DNA of 64,000 nt from Deferribacterales bacterium (GTDB lineage Bacteria; Chrysiogenota; Deferribacteres; Deferribacterales; Geovibrionaceae). A program made the translations under genes and the position numbers. Each line of letters starts with the position of its first letter. The first letter of the stretch is position 1. This document shows, in pieces, positions 10,191-19,952 of this stretch. The stretch is taken from contig JBFWMA010000003.1 of the NCBI GenBank assembly GCA_050251875.1, positions 64,001-128,000 of the forward strand, read 5' to 3'. The notes under the pieces are model-generated. The model was not told where the DNA came from, made no database searches, and worked only from the letters and a program-made list of their open reading frames with translations.

Positions 10191-12755
10191 GTGACGGTGG
10201 AACGACCCGAAAAAATTACTCCCATGATGCAGCAGTTCAACGAGATGAAGGCGAAGCATCAGGGATCACTTCTGTTTTTCCGCATGGGCGATTTCTATGA
10301 GATGTTCGGTCAGGATGCCGTAACAGCATCCAAGATACTCGGCATCGCCCTTACCTCCCGTGAAAAGGACAAGGATAACGGTATGCCCATGTGCGGCGTG
10401 CCCCATCACAGCTATCAGTCTTATCTGATAAAGCTCCTGAAAGCGGGGCTGAACGTTGCCATATGCGACCAGCTCGAAGACCCGGCACAGGCAAAGGGAA
10501 TAGTAAAGCGGGGCGTTACCCGTGTAATGACCCCCGGAACCGTTCTGGACGAAGCGGCTCTGCCCGCCACAGACAACAACTTCTTCGCCTGTCTCCACAG
10601 ACAGGGATCAGAAATATACATGGCATTCACCGATACCTCCACAGGCGAGGTATATCTGGAAAAATCGCCGGAATCATCAGCGAAAGATATCCTGAACCGC
10701 TACTCCCCGAAAGAAATAATCACCGGGTATAAATCCGACATCCCCAATGCTTTCGAGTTCGGCGGCAGTTTTTCCGAAAATCTGGCTGTCAGGGAAGTGA
10801 CGGATCATTTCTCCGTCTCCTCCGTAAAATCGCTGGGGCTGGACGACACACAGTTCGCCTTTCCGCTGTATATCGCTCTGAAATATCTCGACCGTGTGAT
10901 GCTCAGCGTCACTCTGCTGAAGCCGAAACTTGTCACCGATGACGAACGTGTCTATCTGGACAGTGTGGCTTCGAACACACTGGAGCTGGTGAAAAACAGC
11001 CGTGACGGCGGAGAAGACAGCACCCTGTTTTCTGTGCTGAACCACACCTCCACATCCATGGGCGCCAGAACCCTGAAAAAATGGCTCCTGAACCCATTAA
11101 GAAACGTAAACGCCATCCTGCGCAGACAGGAGATGACCGAGTTTTTCATAAACAGGCAGGATATAGCCGAAGAGCTGATCAGACAGCTTGCGGACGTTTA
11201 TGACGTGGAGCGCATCGCCACACGCATAGCCGCCGCCAGATGCACCGCCAGAGACCTGATCTGGCTGAAAAACTCCACCAAAGCGTTCCCCGTCATAAAA
11301 TATATCCTCGGTTCATGCGACAACCCGCACATCGCGGAAACTGTTCAGATGTTCGACTCTCTGGAAGATCTGACGGACATCATCACGGAGGCGATTGACG
11401 AGAATCCCCCCCTCACTCTGATGGAAGGGGGACTAATAAAGACCGGGTATAATCCTGAAGTGGACGAGCTGAAAGACATAAAAGAGAACAGCCGGGCGAT
11501 ACTTCTGAAAATTGAGGCGAGGGAAAAAACCGCCACCGGCATCAGCACCCTGAAGGTGAAATTCAACAAAGTATTCGGCTACTACATAGAGATTTCAAAA
11601 GGCGCTCTTAATAAAGTGCCGGATTATTATGAGCGCAGACAGACGCTGGTAAACGCCGAGCGGTTCGTTATCCCGGAGCTTAAGGAGCTGGAGGAAAAGA
11701 TTCTGACCGCCGACTCCAGACTGTTCGCTCTGGAATACGAGATTTTTTCCGACATCAGGGCGAAGGTCGCCGAAAACGCCCACCGCATCAGACAGTCAGC
11801 CTCCGTCATAGCAGAGCTGGACGTTCTGTTGTCATTCGCTCAGGCGGCTGTGAAAAACGGATATGTAAAGCCCCTCGTGGGGACTTTTGACGATATAAAG
11901 ATAAAAGACGGACGCCACCCGGTGGTGGAGAAGAATATCAAAACAGGTTATGTGCCTAATGATATCGATCTGAACATCACCGACAGCAGACTCGCCATTA
12001 TCACAGGACCGAACATGGCGGGTAAATCAACCTATCTGCGCATGTGCGCCCTCATCACTCTGATGGCTCACACAGGCTCTTTCGTTCCGGCATCAGACGC
12101 CGAGATCGGGCTGGTGGACAGGATTTTCACCCGTGTGGGAGCCAGCGACAACCTCGCAGGCGGCGAATCAACATTCATGGTGGAGATGGTGGAAACATCC
12201 AACATTCTCAACAACGCCACCGATAAATCGCTGATAATTCTGGACGAGATAGGCAGAGGCACATCCACGTTCGACGGCGTATCAATCGCATGGTCCGTGG
12301 CGGAATATATCGCCGAGAACATCAACGCAAAAACACTCTTTGCCACCCACTACCACGAGCTGACCGACATCTCCATGACATGCTCCGGGGTTAAGAACCT
12401 CGCTACTCTGGTATCCGAGCATAAAGGCGAGCTGATCTTCATGCGCAAGGTAACAGAGGGCACAGCGGATAAGAGCTACGGAATACATGTGGCTGAGCTG
12501 GCGGGACTGCCGAAAGATGTGGTTAAGCGAGCCAATCAGATACTTAAAAACCTTGAAAGAAATGAGCTTTCGCCCCACGGTATAGTGAACACCCCGAAAC
12601 CTCATAAGGACACCCAGTCTGTTGTGCAGACCATGCTGGTGTTTGACGATCACCCCGTGGTGGACGAGCTGAAAAATATGGACGTGAACAGTCTCACCCC
12701 TCTTCAGGCTCTGAACATTCTGTCCGACCTGAAAAGTAAGGCAGCTAAGGACTAA
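10191..12755 (+). CDS. mutS: DNA mismatch repair protein MutS
   Basis: TPMMQQ, FFRMGDFYEMF, GPNMAGKST, DEIGRGTST, FATHYHEL. Confidence 0.99.
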   Translation: MTVERPEKITPMMQQFNEMKAKHQGSLLFFRMGDFYEMFGQDAVTASKILGIALTSREKDKDNGMPMCGVPHHSYQSYLIKLLKAGLNVAICDQLEDPAQAKGIVKRGVTRVMTPGTVLDEAALPATDNNFFACLHRQGSEIYMAFTDTSTGEVYLEKSPESSAKDILNRYSPKEIITGYKSDIPNAFEFGGSFSENLAVREVTDHFSVSSVKSLGLDDTQFAFPLYIALKYLDRVMLSVTLLKPKLVTDDERVYLDSVASNTLELVKNSRDGGEDSTLFSVLNHTSTSMGARTLKKWLLNPLRNVNAILRRQEMTEFFINRQDIAEELIRQLADVYDVERIATRIAAARCTARDLIWLKNSTKAFPVIKYILGSCDNPHIAETVQMFDSLEDLTDIITEAIDENPPLTLMEGGLIKTGYNPEVDELKDIKENSRAILLKIEAREKTATGISTLKVKFNKVFGYYIEISKGALNKVPDYYERRQTLVNAERFVIPELKELEEKILTADSRLFALEYEIFSDIRAKVAENAHRIRQSASVIAELDVLLSFAQAAVKNGYVKPLVGTFDDIKIKDGRHPVVEKNIKTGYVPNDIDLNITDSRLAIITGPNMAGKSTYLRMCALITLMAHTGSFVPASDAEIGLVDRIFTRVGASDNLAGGESTFMVEMVETSNILNNATDKSLIILDEIGRGTSTFDGVSIAWSVAEYIAENINAKTLFATHYHELTDISMTCSGVKNLATLVSEHKGELIFMRKVTEGTADKSYGIHVAELAGLPKDVVKRANQILKNLERNELSPHGIVNTPKPHKDTQSVVQTMLVFDDHPVVDELKNMDVNSLTPLQALNILSDLKSKAAKD

Positions 12756-12760
12756 AACCA

Positions 12761-13255
12761 ATGACAAGAGCGGCTGATTTTTATACCAGAAGACCTTTCA
12801 TGTCGGTGTGCGTGCTTTTTTCAGCCATACCCTTCTGGGTTCCCCTGCTCGCTCTCCTGATAAACGGCTCCGACCCGGCGCTTATGCTTATGACCGCCGC
12901 TTTGTCGGCAGTGTCAGGCATATTTGCCCGCTCTATGAATTTTGAAGATTTCAGAACGTCTCCGGCTTATACCGTTCTTAAGCTGATTCTGTTCTCCGCT
13001 GTGTTCATGCTTTTCGCCGGATACGCCGATCTGGGGACTCAGGCGGATAAGATATTGGCTTCCATTGCGGTCATCATCATTTTCAACTTCATGTTTATCC
13101 GCCGGACTTCAGGATTCGGCTTTACCAACAGCATGCTGTGGATATTCAAAACATTCCTGTGGGCGGCGTTTCTCTATGGGCTCGGCTCATCATACGCTCT
13201 GCTCGCTGTTTTCATACACATAGTCATCTTCTACCGCAGATACGGACGGGCATAG
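12761..13255 (+). CDS. Hypothetical polytopic membrane protein
   Basis: Highly hydrophobic 164-aa ORF filling the gap between mutS and the next gene. Confidence 0.7.
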   Translation: MTRAADFYTRRPFMSVCVLFSAIPFWVPLLALLINGSDPALMLMTAALSAVSGIFARSMNFEDFRTSPAYTVLKLILFSAVFMLFAGYADLGTQADKILASIAVIIIFNFMFIRRTSGFGFTNSMLWIFKTFLWAAFLYGLGSSYALLAVFIHIVIFYRRYGRA

Positions 13256-13256
13256 G

Positions 13257-14024
13257 ATGGATATCACATTTAACTGTGTAGCGTCAGGCAGTTCCGGCAA
13301 CTGCTATTTTCTGGAGACTCCCCACAGCGCTGTTTTCATAGACTGCGGGGTGCCGTTGAAAACCATCTTGTCTGTCGCTGACGAAAAACGGCTGATGAAC
13401 AAAGAGATACATCTGTTCATAACCCACGAGCATCACGACCACGTCAGCGGTCTGAAGCCTTTTGTAAACAGATTCTCGCCCAAAATATATTCCAGCGAGG
13501 GAACCGCCTCCGCCATTGACGACAGCATCGGGCATCTGTCCCACATTTACGTTCTTCAGGGCGGATGCGAATATGAGCTGAGCGGATTCTCCGTCATCCC
13601 ATTTTCCATCAGCCACGACTGCGCCGAACCATTCGGATACAGATTCCGCATGGGCGAGAAGGTAGCCACATTCGCCACCGATCTGGGCGTTGTGACTAAG
13701 GAAGTGGAAAGATTTCTCTGCTGTACAGACGTTCTGGTTCTGGAATCCAACTATGAACCCAGCCTTCTGAAAGACGGTAAATATCCGGCATATCTGAAAA
13801 AACGCATCGCCGGACACAAGGGACACCTCTCCAACAGAGACGCCATGAAGATACTGGGCAGTGTCACCGGATCGGGCATCGGGCGGGTATATCTGGCGCA
13901 TGTCAGCGAAGAGAACAACGACTATAATCTTCTGGAAAATTATGCCTCATTCTGCAAAAAAAACTATCTCACCGACACATACGTTCTGAGAAAAGAGACG
14001 CCAGAAACCGGCGTCATCCTCTGA
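13257..14024 (+). CDS. MBL-fold metallo-hydrolase (YycJ/WalJ-like)
   Basis: SGSSGN, THEHHDH, SHD, LESNY, GHLSN, LAHVSEENN. Confidence 0.9.
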   Translation: MDITFNCVASGSSGNCYFLETPHSAVFIDCGVPLKTILSVADEKRLMNKEIHLFITHEHHDHVSGLKPFVNRFSPKIYSSEGTASAIDDSIGHLSHIYVLQGGCEYELSGFSVIPFSISHDCAEPFGYRFRMGEKVATFATDLGVVTKEVERFLCCTDVLVLESNYEPSLLKDGKYPAYLKKRIAGHKGHLSNRDAMKILGSVTGSGIGRVYLAHVSEENNDYNLLENYASFCKKNYLTDTYVLRKETPETGVIL

Positions 14025-14108
14025 TATTCTTAATTTAACACAAAAATTACAGTATTACGCCTTTCGGATTTATGCTAATATACATAACTTACATTAGAAA
14101 GGTCTGCT

Positions 14109-15557
14109 ATGAACACCACCAGAAAATCAGGCAACGTTAAAAAGATTCTTATTTTCGGCATAGGCTTTTTTGAGCAGCAGCTCATTCAGTCGCTCATGTC
14201 CAAACGAAAAATGATTGTGGTGGACATCCGCAGAGACCATCTGGAAAACATTCAGTCCACATATCCGGAGCTGGAGATATTCAACGGCGATGCCAGCAGC
14301 ATGCTCACATGGAAAAAGCTCCCTCTGGAGGACATCTCCCACATCATCATCGCCCTGCGTGACGAAGATATCGTTGTGGAGGCGTGCCGCATAGCCCGCT
14401 CTGTTTACGATATGCAGATTCCTATCATACATATAGCATACACCGACAGGCTGAACGAAGAGATTCAGGAGTTCGGAGTGACAACTCTGCACCCCATCGA
14501 TCTCGGAATCAAAGCTGTCACCGGAATCATAGAAAAAAACGTGTCATGGCCTTTGAACATTGGAAAGCGCCAGGGAGAGATCGTTGAGGTCAACGTTCTG
14601 AAGAACTCTCACCTTGTGGGGCGCAAGCTGAAATATCTGCGTCCGTCCACATGGAGCATCGCCTTCTGTTACAGAGGCGAGAAGAACATCATCCCCACAG
14701 GCGATTTCGAGCTGAAGGTGGGCGACAAGGTGATTATTGTCGGCGAGCCGAAGATTCTTAAAGGCGTTATCGACACTCTCACCAAAGGCGAACCGCAGTT
14801 CCCTCTCCAGTTCGGCTCATACATCAGCGTTCCTCTCTGCTCGCAGAGCCCCAGACTTCTGGAAGAGGCGGCATATCTCTTCCGCCTGACCCACGCCATG
14901 AAGCTGAGCGTGCTCCCCGTTATCGGCAAAACTCCAAAAGATATAGAAAAACATGTTCAGTCCATGAATCTCGCCTATGAAAACGGCTATACCATCGCCT
15001 CTGTGAAGGAGGCGGCGACACAGTCTGAACCGGGGCTCATCATGATCCCGAAAAAGCGCAAATTCGGCGGGCTCAATCTGTTCTTCCGCTTCGTCTTCAA
15101 AAGGGCGAAGCACCCTTTCATCCTGACAGCGGGCAATAAGGAATATGAACACGTCTACATCGGGCTCAACTCAGACTCCCCGTCTTTTGCTCTGGAAACG
15201 GGTATAGAGATGGCAAAACTGCTGAATATCCCTTACACCGCAGTTTACGTCACCCTGCCGAAAGACATCAGGGGGCATTTCGAAACAGAAAACCTTCAGC
15301 TCGTACAGAATATGATAAACGATCACGAGCTTTCCGAGAACGCTTCCATAGATTTCCGTATTCTGGAAGGAAACCCCGTCAGAGAGACGGTGAATTTCAT
15401 AAATTCCGCAGAGGAAACCAGCAAGATAGCCGTTCTGTCCTACAGTCTGAACGACAAGATAAGCTATCTGAAACCCCATGTTCAGTACATGATAGCGGGC
15501 AGGCTGAAATGCAGCTCGCTGATGCTGCCCACTGAGGATGTGAATGAACAAATTTGA
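14109..15557 (+). CDS. TrkA-N/TrkA-C (RCK) domain protein with USP-like C-terminal region
   Basis: ILIFGIG..GDAS Rossmann-type N-terminus; SHLVGRKL..IPTGDFELKVGDKVII RCK_C; ILEGNPVRE USP-like tail. Confidence 0.8.
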   Translation: MNTTRKSGNVKKILIFGIGFFEQQLIQSLMSKRKMIVVDIRRDHLENIQSTYPELEIFNGDASSMLTWKKLPLEDISHIIIALRDEDIVVEACRIARSVYDMQIPIIHIAYTDRLNEEIQEFGVTTLHPIDLGIKAVTGIIEKNVSWPLNIGKRQGEIVEVNVLKNSHLVGRKLKYLRPSTWSIAFCYRGEKNIIPTGDFELKVGDKVIIVGEPKILKGVIDTLTKGEPQFPLQFGSYISVPLCSQSPRLLEEAAYLFRLTHAMKLSVLPVIGKTPKDIEKHVQSMNLAYENGYTIASVKEAATQSEPGLIMIPKKRKFGGLNLFFRFVFKRAKHPFILTAGNKEYEHVYIGLNSDSPSFALETGIEMAKLLNIPYTAVYVTLPKDIRGHFETENLQLVQNMINDHELSENASIDFRILEGNPVRETVNFINSAEETSKIAVLSYSLNDKISYLKPHVQYMIAGRLKCSSLMLPTEDVNEQI

Positions 15558-16707
15558 GGCTTTTCAGCTCCTTTTCATCTGTTTCGGGGCGTATTTTGTG
15601 CCTTTTTTCAGCAGAAGGCTCTACATCCCCTCATCCGTGGGGGAGATAATCTTCGGCGTGGCGCTGGGAATGTTCTTTCACAGCATGGAGTTCGACAGAG
15701 GCACCATACACTTTCTGGCTGAGTTCGGGTTCATCGTTCTGATGTATCTCGCCGGGCTGGAGATCGACTTTGACAACATCCGAAAGACAGCCAGAAAAGA
15801 TCTGATGGCTTATCTTATGGTTATAATCCTTATAATTCTCGCATCGGTGGCGGTGGTGCTCTACAGGCATGACGCACCTCTGATGGTTCTGGTATATATG
15901 ACCGTGGCTGTGGGTCTGCTCTTTCCCGTGCTTAAGGAGACGGGGTTCATCGACAAAAACTCCGGTCAGGCGCTTCTGATTATCGGCGGCATAGGCGAGG
16001 CTTTCACCCTTATGGCGCTTTCGCTCTTCACCCTTTTTTATCAGTACGGCTTCAGCGCCAAGGCTGTCGGTCACTTCGCCGGTGTTCTGGCGTTCATGGT
16101 CTTTGTTCTGTTCGTGATGAAGTTTACCAAGCTGTTCTTCTGGTGGTTTCCTCATCTTTCAAGGATTTTCATCCTGACGGGCAACTCCACCGAGACAGGG
16201 ATGAGAGCCACCTTCGTAAATATTTTCGTGTTTGTGTCTGTTGCGGTCTTTTTCGACATGGAGCCCATAGTGGGGGCTTTCATCGGTGGGATGCTCTTCG
16301 CCATCCAGTTTCATGACAGAGAGAATATTCAGGAACGGTTAAGCGGTATAGGATACGGTTTTCTCGTGCCTATCTTCTTTATAAATGTCGGAATGGGATT
16401 TAATGTAACAGATTTTCTGGCGCCCAACGTGCTGATGACCGGGATAAGCATCAGCCTTATCATGCTGGCGGTAAGGATATTTTCGATATTCCCGCTCTAT
16501 TTCACGTCTCTGCCTAAGAAGATACTGATAATCTCCCCTTTTTCGCTGGCATATCCACTGACGCTGATGGTAGCCACAGCCGCCATCGGAAAACAGTATA
16601 ATGCCATCTCGTCCACAGAATCCGCTTCCATAGTATTCGCCGCCATGTTCACGGCGATAGTCCTTCCCAGCATCACCAGAGCGCTGGTAAAGAAACTCTA
16701 CTTTTAA
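15544..16707 (+). CDS. Cation:proton antiporter (CPA2 family)
   Basis: IPSSVGEIIFG, LMYLAGLEID, IVGAFIGG, FLVPIFFINVG; many TM helices. Confidence 0.88.
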   Translation: MNKFEAFQLLFICFGAYFVPFFSRRLYIPSSVGEIIFGVALGMFFHSMEFDRGTIHFLAEFGFIVLMYLAGLEIDFDNIRKTARKDLMAYLMVIILIILASVAVVLYRHDAPLMVLVYMTVAVGLLFPVLKETGFIDKNSGQALLIIGGIGEAFTLMALSLFTLFYQYGFSAKAVGHFAGVLAFMVFVLFVMKFTKLFFWWFPHLSRIFILTGNSTETGMRATFVNIFVFVSVAVFFDMEPIVGAFIGGMLFAIQFHDRENIQERLSGIGYGFLVPIFFINVGMGFNVTDFLAPNVLMTGISISLIMLAVRIFSIFPLYFTSLPKKILIISPFSLAYPLTLMVATAAIGKQYNAISSTESASIVFAAMFTAIVLPSITRALVKKLYF

Positions 16708-16731
16708 CTATTTTTCTGCATCCTCTACACG

Positions 16732-16748
16732 AGGCTCAGAATGAGCCT
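16732..16748. terminator. Short hairpin between convergent antiporter gene and glmS
   Basis: AGGCTCA-GAA-TGAGCCT; no adjacent U tract. Confidence 0.35.
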
Positions 16749-16752
16749 AAAC

Positions 16753-18576
16753 CTATTCCACCGTTACTGATTTTGCGAGATTTCTGGGCTGATCCACATC
16801 CAGACCGAGCAGGCTCGCGCAGTAATATGAAAAAATCTGCATAACGGTCACAGCCGGAAAAACAGAGAGTTCTTCTGTGATAGCCGGAATCTCGATCTTA
16901 TGATCAGCTATCTTATCAAGTCCCTCGTCCCCTTCCGTGGTGATGGCTATCACTATGCCGTCACGGGTTTTCACCTCTTCCACGTTTGAGACAACCTTCT
17001 CATACACAGATGATTTCGGGCATATGCAGAATACGGGCAGGCTGGCGTCTATCAGCGCTATGGGACCGTGCTTCATCTCTCCCGCCGGATAACCTTCTGC
17101 GTGGATGTATGAAATCTCTTTCAGCTTGAGCGCTCCTTCCAGAGCTATGGGATAGTTCACGTTTCTTCCCAGATAGAGGAAATCCGATGAATCTTTGAAT
17201 TTTTTTGCCAGTGACAGGATATTATCGTCCTGTTTCAGCACTTTTTCTATCACTTCGGGAACTCTCACGAGCTCCTGAATGTAGTATTTCATTTTGTCTG
17301 TTTCCAGAGTCTTTCTGGTCTGCGCCAGATAGAGAGCGAACAGGAACAGCACCGCCACCTGTGTTGTAAAAGCCTTGGTAGAGGCAACGCCAATCTCGGG
17401 TCCTGCGTGGGTATAGATCACACTGTCGGATTCTCTGGACATGGATGAGCCCACCACGTTGCACACTGTGAGTGTCATTGCGCCCATTTTCTTTGCTATT
17501 CTAAGGGCAGAGAGCGTATCCGCTGTCTCTCCGGACTGGGTGATGGCGATGAAGAGCGTTTTGTCGTCTATCACCAGTTCCCTGTATCTGAACTCGGAGG
17601 CGATATCCACCTCCACGGGTATTTTAGCGAATTTTTCGATATAGAATTTGGCTGTGAGCCCGGCGTGCCAGCTTGTTCCGCATGCCACTATAACAATGCG
17701 GTTCACCTCTGTCAGACGCTTTTCAGCCTCGTCTGTCAGCCCCATGTTCACCAGCCCCTGTTCCATGCTGTATTTCCCACGGATGGTATCTATGATGGCT
17801 CTGGGCTGTTCAAAAATTTCCTTCTGCATGAAGTGGCTGTATCCCGCCTTCTCCGCCATTACGGGGTTCCAGTCGATTATCTTCAGCTCACGCTGAGCCG
17901 GCTTATCATCTTTGTCATAAACATAGAAACCGTCTCTGGAGAGCAGAGCCACGTCACCGTCATCCAGGAAGACAAAACGTCTGGTGTGCGCAAGCACTGC
18001 GGGTATGTCGCTGGCGGCGAACATTTCGCCATCGCCCACGCCTATAACAAGCGGGCTGTCTTTTCTGGCGATTATTATCTTATCCTGCTCTTTTTCGCTG
18101 ATTATGGCGAGACCGTATGAGCCCACCACCTGTTTCAGCGTTTTCTGAACGGCTTTCAGAAGATCACCCTCATAGTTATCGTGTATCAGGTGCGCGATAA
18201 CCTCAGTATCTGTCTCGGATGAGAAGATATATCCTTTATCTGTCAGATATTTCTTAAGCTCCAGATAGTTTTCGATAATACCGTTGTGAACAACAGTCAG
18301 CTCGTTCGACCTGTGGGGGTGAGCGTTCTCAAAGGAGGGTTTGCCGTGGGTTGCCCAGCGGGTATGCCCTATACCCAGCACCGCCATGAATTTTTTGTCG
18401 GCTATCTGATTTTTCAGGTTGATGAGTTTTCCGACACTCCTCTCTATGTGGATGCCGTCCTGCTCCATCAGGGCTATTCCGGCAGAGTCATATCCTCTGT
18501 ATTCCAGCTTGGTGAGCCCGTCCACCAGTATATTAGAAGCGGTCTGACCGCCTATATATCCGACTATCCCGCACAT
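16753..18576 (-). CDS. glmS: Glutamine--fructose-6-phosphate aminotransferase
   Basis: MCGIVG, GHTRWATHG, PRNLAKSVTVE. Confidence 0.99.
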   Translation of the reverse strand: MCGIVGYIGGQTASNILVDGLTKLEYRGYDSAGIALMEQDGIHIERSVGKLINLKNQIADKKFMAVLGIGHTRWATHGKPSFENAHPHRSNELTVVHNGIIENYLELKKYLTDKGYIFSSETDTEVIAHLIHDNYEGDLLKAVQKTLKQVVGSYGLAIISEKEQDKIIIARKDSPLVIGVGDGEMFAASDIPAVLAHTRRFVFLDDGDVALLSRDGFYVYDKDDKPAQRELKIIDWNPVMAEKAGYSHFMQKEIFEQPRAIIDTIRGKYSMEQGLVNMGLTDEAEKRLTEVNRIVIVACGTSWHAGLTAKFYIEKFAKIPVEVDIASEFRYRELVIDDKTLFIAITQSGETADTLSALRIAKKMGAMTLTVCNVVGSSMSRESDSVIYTHAGPEIGVASTKAFTTQVAVLFLFALYLAQTRKTLETDKMKYYIQELVRVPEVIEKVLKQDDNILSLAKKFKDSSDFLYLGRNVNYPIALEGALKLKEISYIHAEGYPAGEMKHGPIALIDASLPVFCICPKSSVYEKVVSNVEEVKTRDGIVIAITTEGDEGLDKIADHKIEIPAITEELSVFPAVTVMQIFSYYCASLLGLDVDQPRNLAKSVTVE

Positions 18577-18577
18577 A

Positions 18578-19936
18578 TTACTTTACCCCTTTCTTCTTTT
18601 TCCATGCTGATACCCAGCCGTCCATGTTCTGCTGTTTTGCTCTGGTGATGCCCAGAGCGTCTTCCGGCACGTCTTTTGTGATTGTGGATCCGGCGGCTAT
18701 CAGAGCGCCTTTGCCCACTGTCACGGGAGCCACCAGCTGAACATCGCTGCCCACGAAAACGCCATCGCCTATCACGGTCTTATATTTGTTATATCCGTCA
18801 TAGTTGCATGTGATGGTTCCGCAGCCGATGTTAACATCCGCCCCTATCTCAGCATCCCCCAGATATGTCAGGTGGCTTGCCTTCGAGCCGATTCCCATCG
18901 TCACTTTCTTTATCTCTACAAAGTTACCTATCTTATTATCTCCCAGAAGTTTTGTTCCGGGTCGCAGCTGTGCCATGGGACCTATGTGGCTGCCTCTGCC
19001 CACATAGCTCTCCGTGATGAAACAGTTGTCTTTTATTTCAGCGTTTTCGCATATCTCGCTGTCTTTTATACGGCTGCCGGACATAATCACGGCGCCTTTT
19101 CTGATGACGGTTCTTCCTTCCAGATAAACGTTGGGATAGATGGTGACATCGTTCTCTATCTCTACTGTGTCGTCACAGTAAAACGTCTTCGGGTCGATGA
19201 CGGACACACCGTTCATCATGTGCTTCATAGCTGTTCTGTCCCACAGAATTCTGGAAGCCTCGGCGAGCTGGGCACGGTTGTTAACCCCCAGAAACTCGTT
19301 TTCGTCAGGAGCCTCCCATGCGAACGCTCCTTTTTTCACTATATCTGTCAGGTAATATTCTCCCTGAGCGTTATTGCAGTCTATTCCCTGTAATCTCTGA
19401 ACCAGTTCTTTACAGTCGCAGAGATATACTCCGGTGTTTATCTCGTCCTCACGTTTTTCGTCATCTGTGGCGTCTTTCTCTTCCACGATTTTTATAACGG
19501 AGCCGTCAACGCCTCTGATAACCCTGCCGTATCCGTGGGGGTTCTTTACTCTGACAGTTATGAAAGACACAGGTTCAGACTTAGCCTCGGCTATGAATTT
19601 CTGTATGGTTTCCGCTTTTATCAGGGGCATATCCCCGCAGAGGATGAGCACCTGCCCGTCAAATGATCTGAGAGCCTCATCCGCCGCCATAACAGCGTCT
19701 GCGGTTCCCCTCAGCTCTTTCTGAACATAAAAATCAGCTCTTCCTTTCAGATGTTCACGCACCAGCTCGGCGCCGTTGCCTATCACCGTATTTATCTTAG
19801 AAGCGCCGCAGTCCCGGGCGCACTCCACAGCATAGTCTATCATAGGTTTTCCCGCCGCCCTGAAAAGTACCTTCGGGGTGTCGGACTTCATTCTTGTCCC
19901 CTTGCCTGCGGCGAGGATCAGAACCATCAGTTCCAT
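18578..19936 (-). CDS. glmU: Bifunctional UDP-GlcNAc pyrophosphorylase/GlcN-1-P acetyltransferase
   Basis: LAAGKGTRMKS, GYGRV, EYYLTD, hexapeptide repeats, CNYDG. Confidence 0.98.
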   Translation of the reverse strand: MELMVLILAAGKGTRMKSDTPKVLFRAAGKPMIDYAVECARDCGASKINTVIGNGAELVREHLKGRADFYVQKELRGTADAVMAADEALRSFDGQVLILCGDMPLIKAETIQKFIAEAKSEPVSFITVRVKNPHGYGRVIRGVDGSVIKIVEEKDATDDEKREDEINTGVYLCDCKELVQRLQGIDCNNAQGEYYLTDIVKKGAFAWEAPDENEFLGVNNRAQLAEASRILWDRTAMKHMMNGVSVIDPKTFYCDDTVEIENDVTIYPNVYLEGRTVIRKGAVIMSGSRIKDSEICENAEIKDNCFITESYVGRGSHIGPMAQLRPGTKLLGDNKIGNFVEIKKVTMGIGSKASHLTYLGDAEIGADVNIGCGTITCNYDGYNKYKTVIGDGVFVGSDVQLVAPVTVGKGALIAAGSTITKDVPEDALGITRAKQQNMDGWVSAWKKKKGVK

Positions 19937-19952
19937 AAATGCTCCTGATATA

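Noticed and set aside
16708..16790. attTn7 site at the glmS 3' end
   Set aside because: The conserved glmS end is present but only 45 nt separate it from the convergent gene; no Tn7 ends or tns genes
18570..18600. glmS ribozyme
   Set aside because: glmS starts 1 nt after the glmU stop; no leader space
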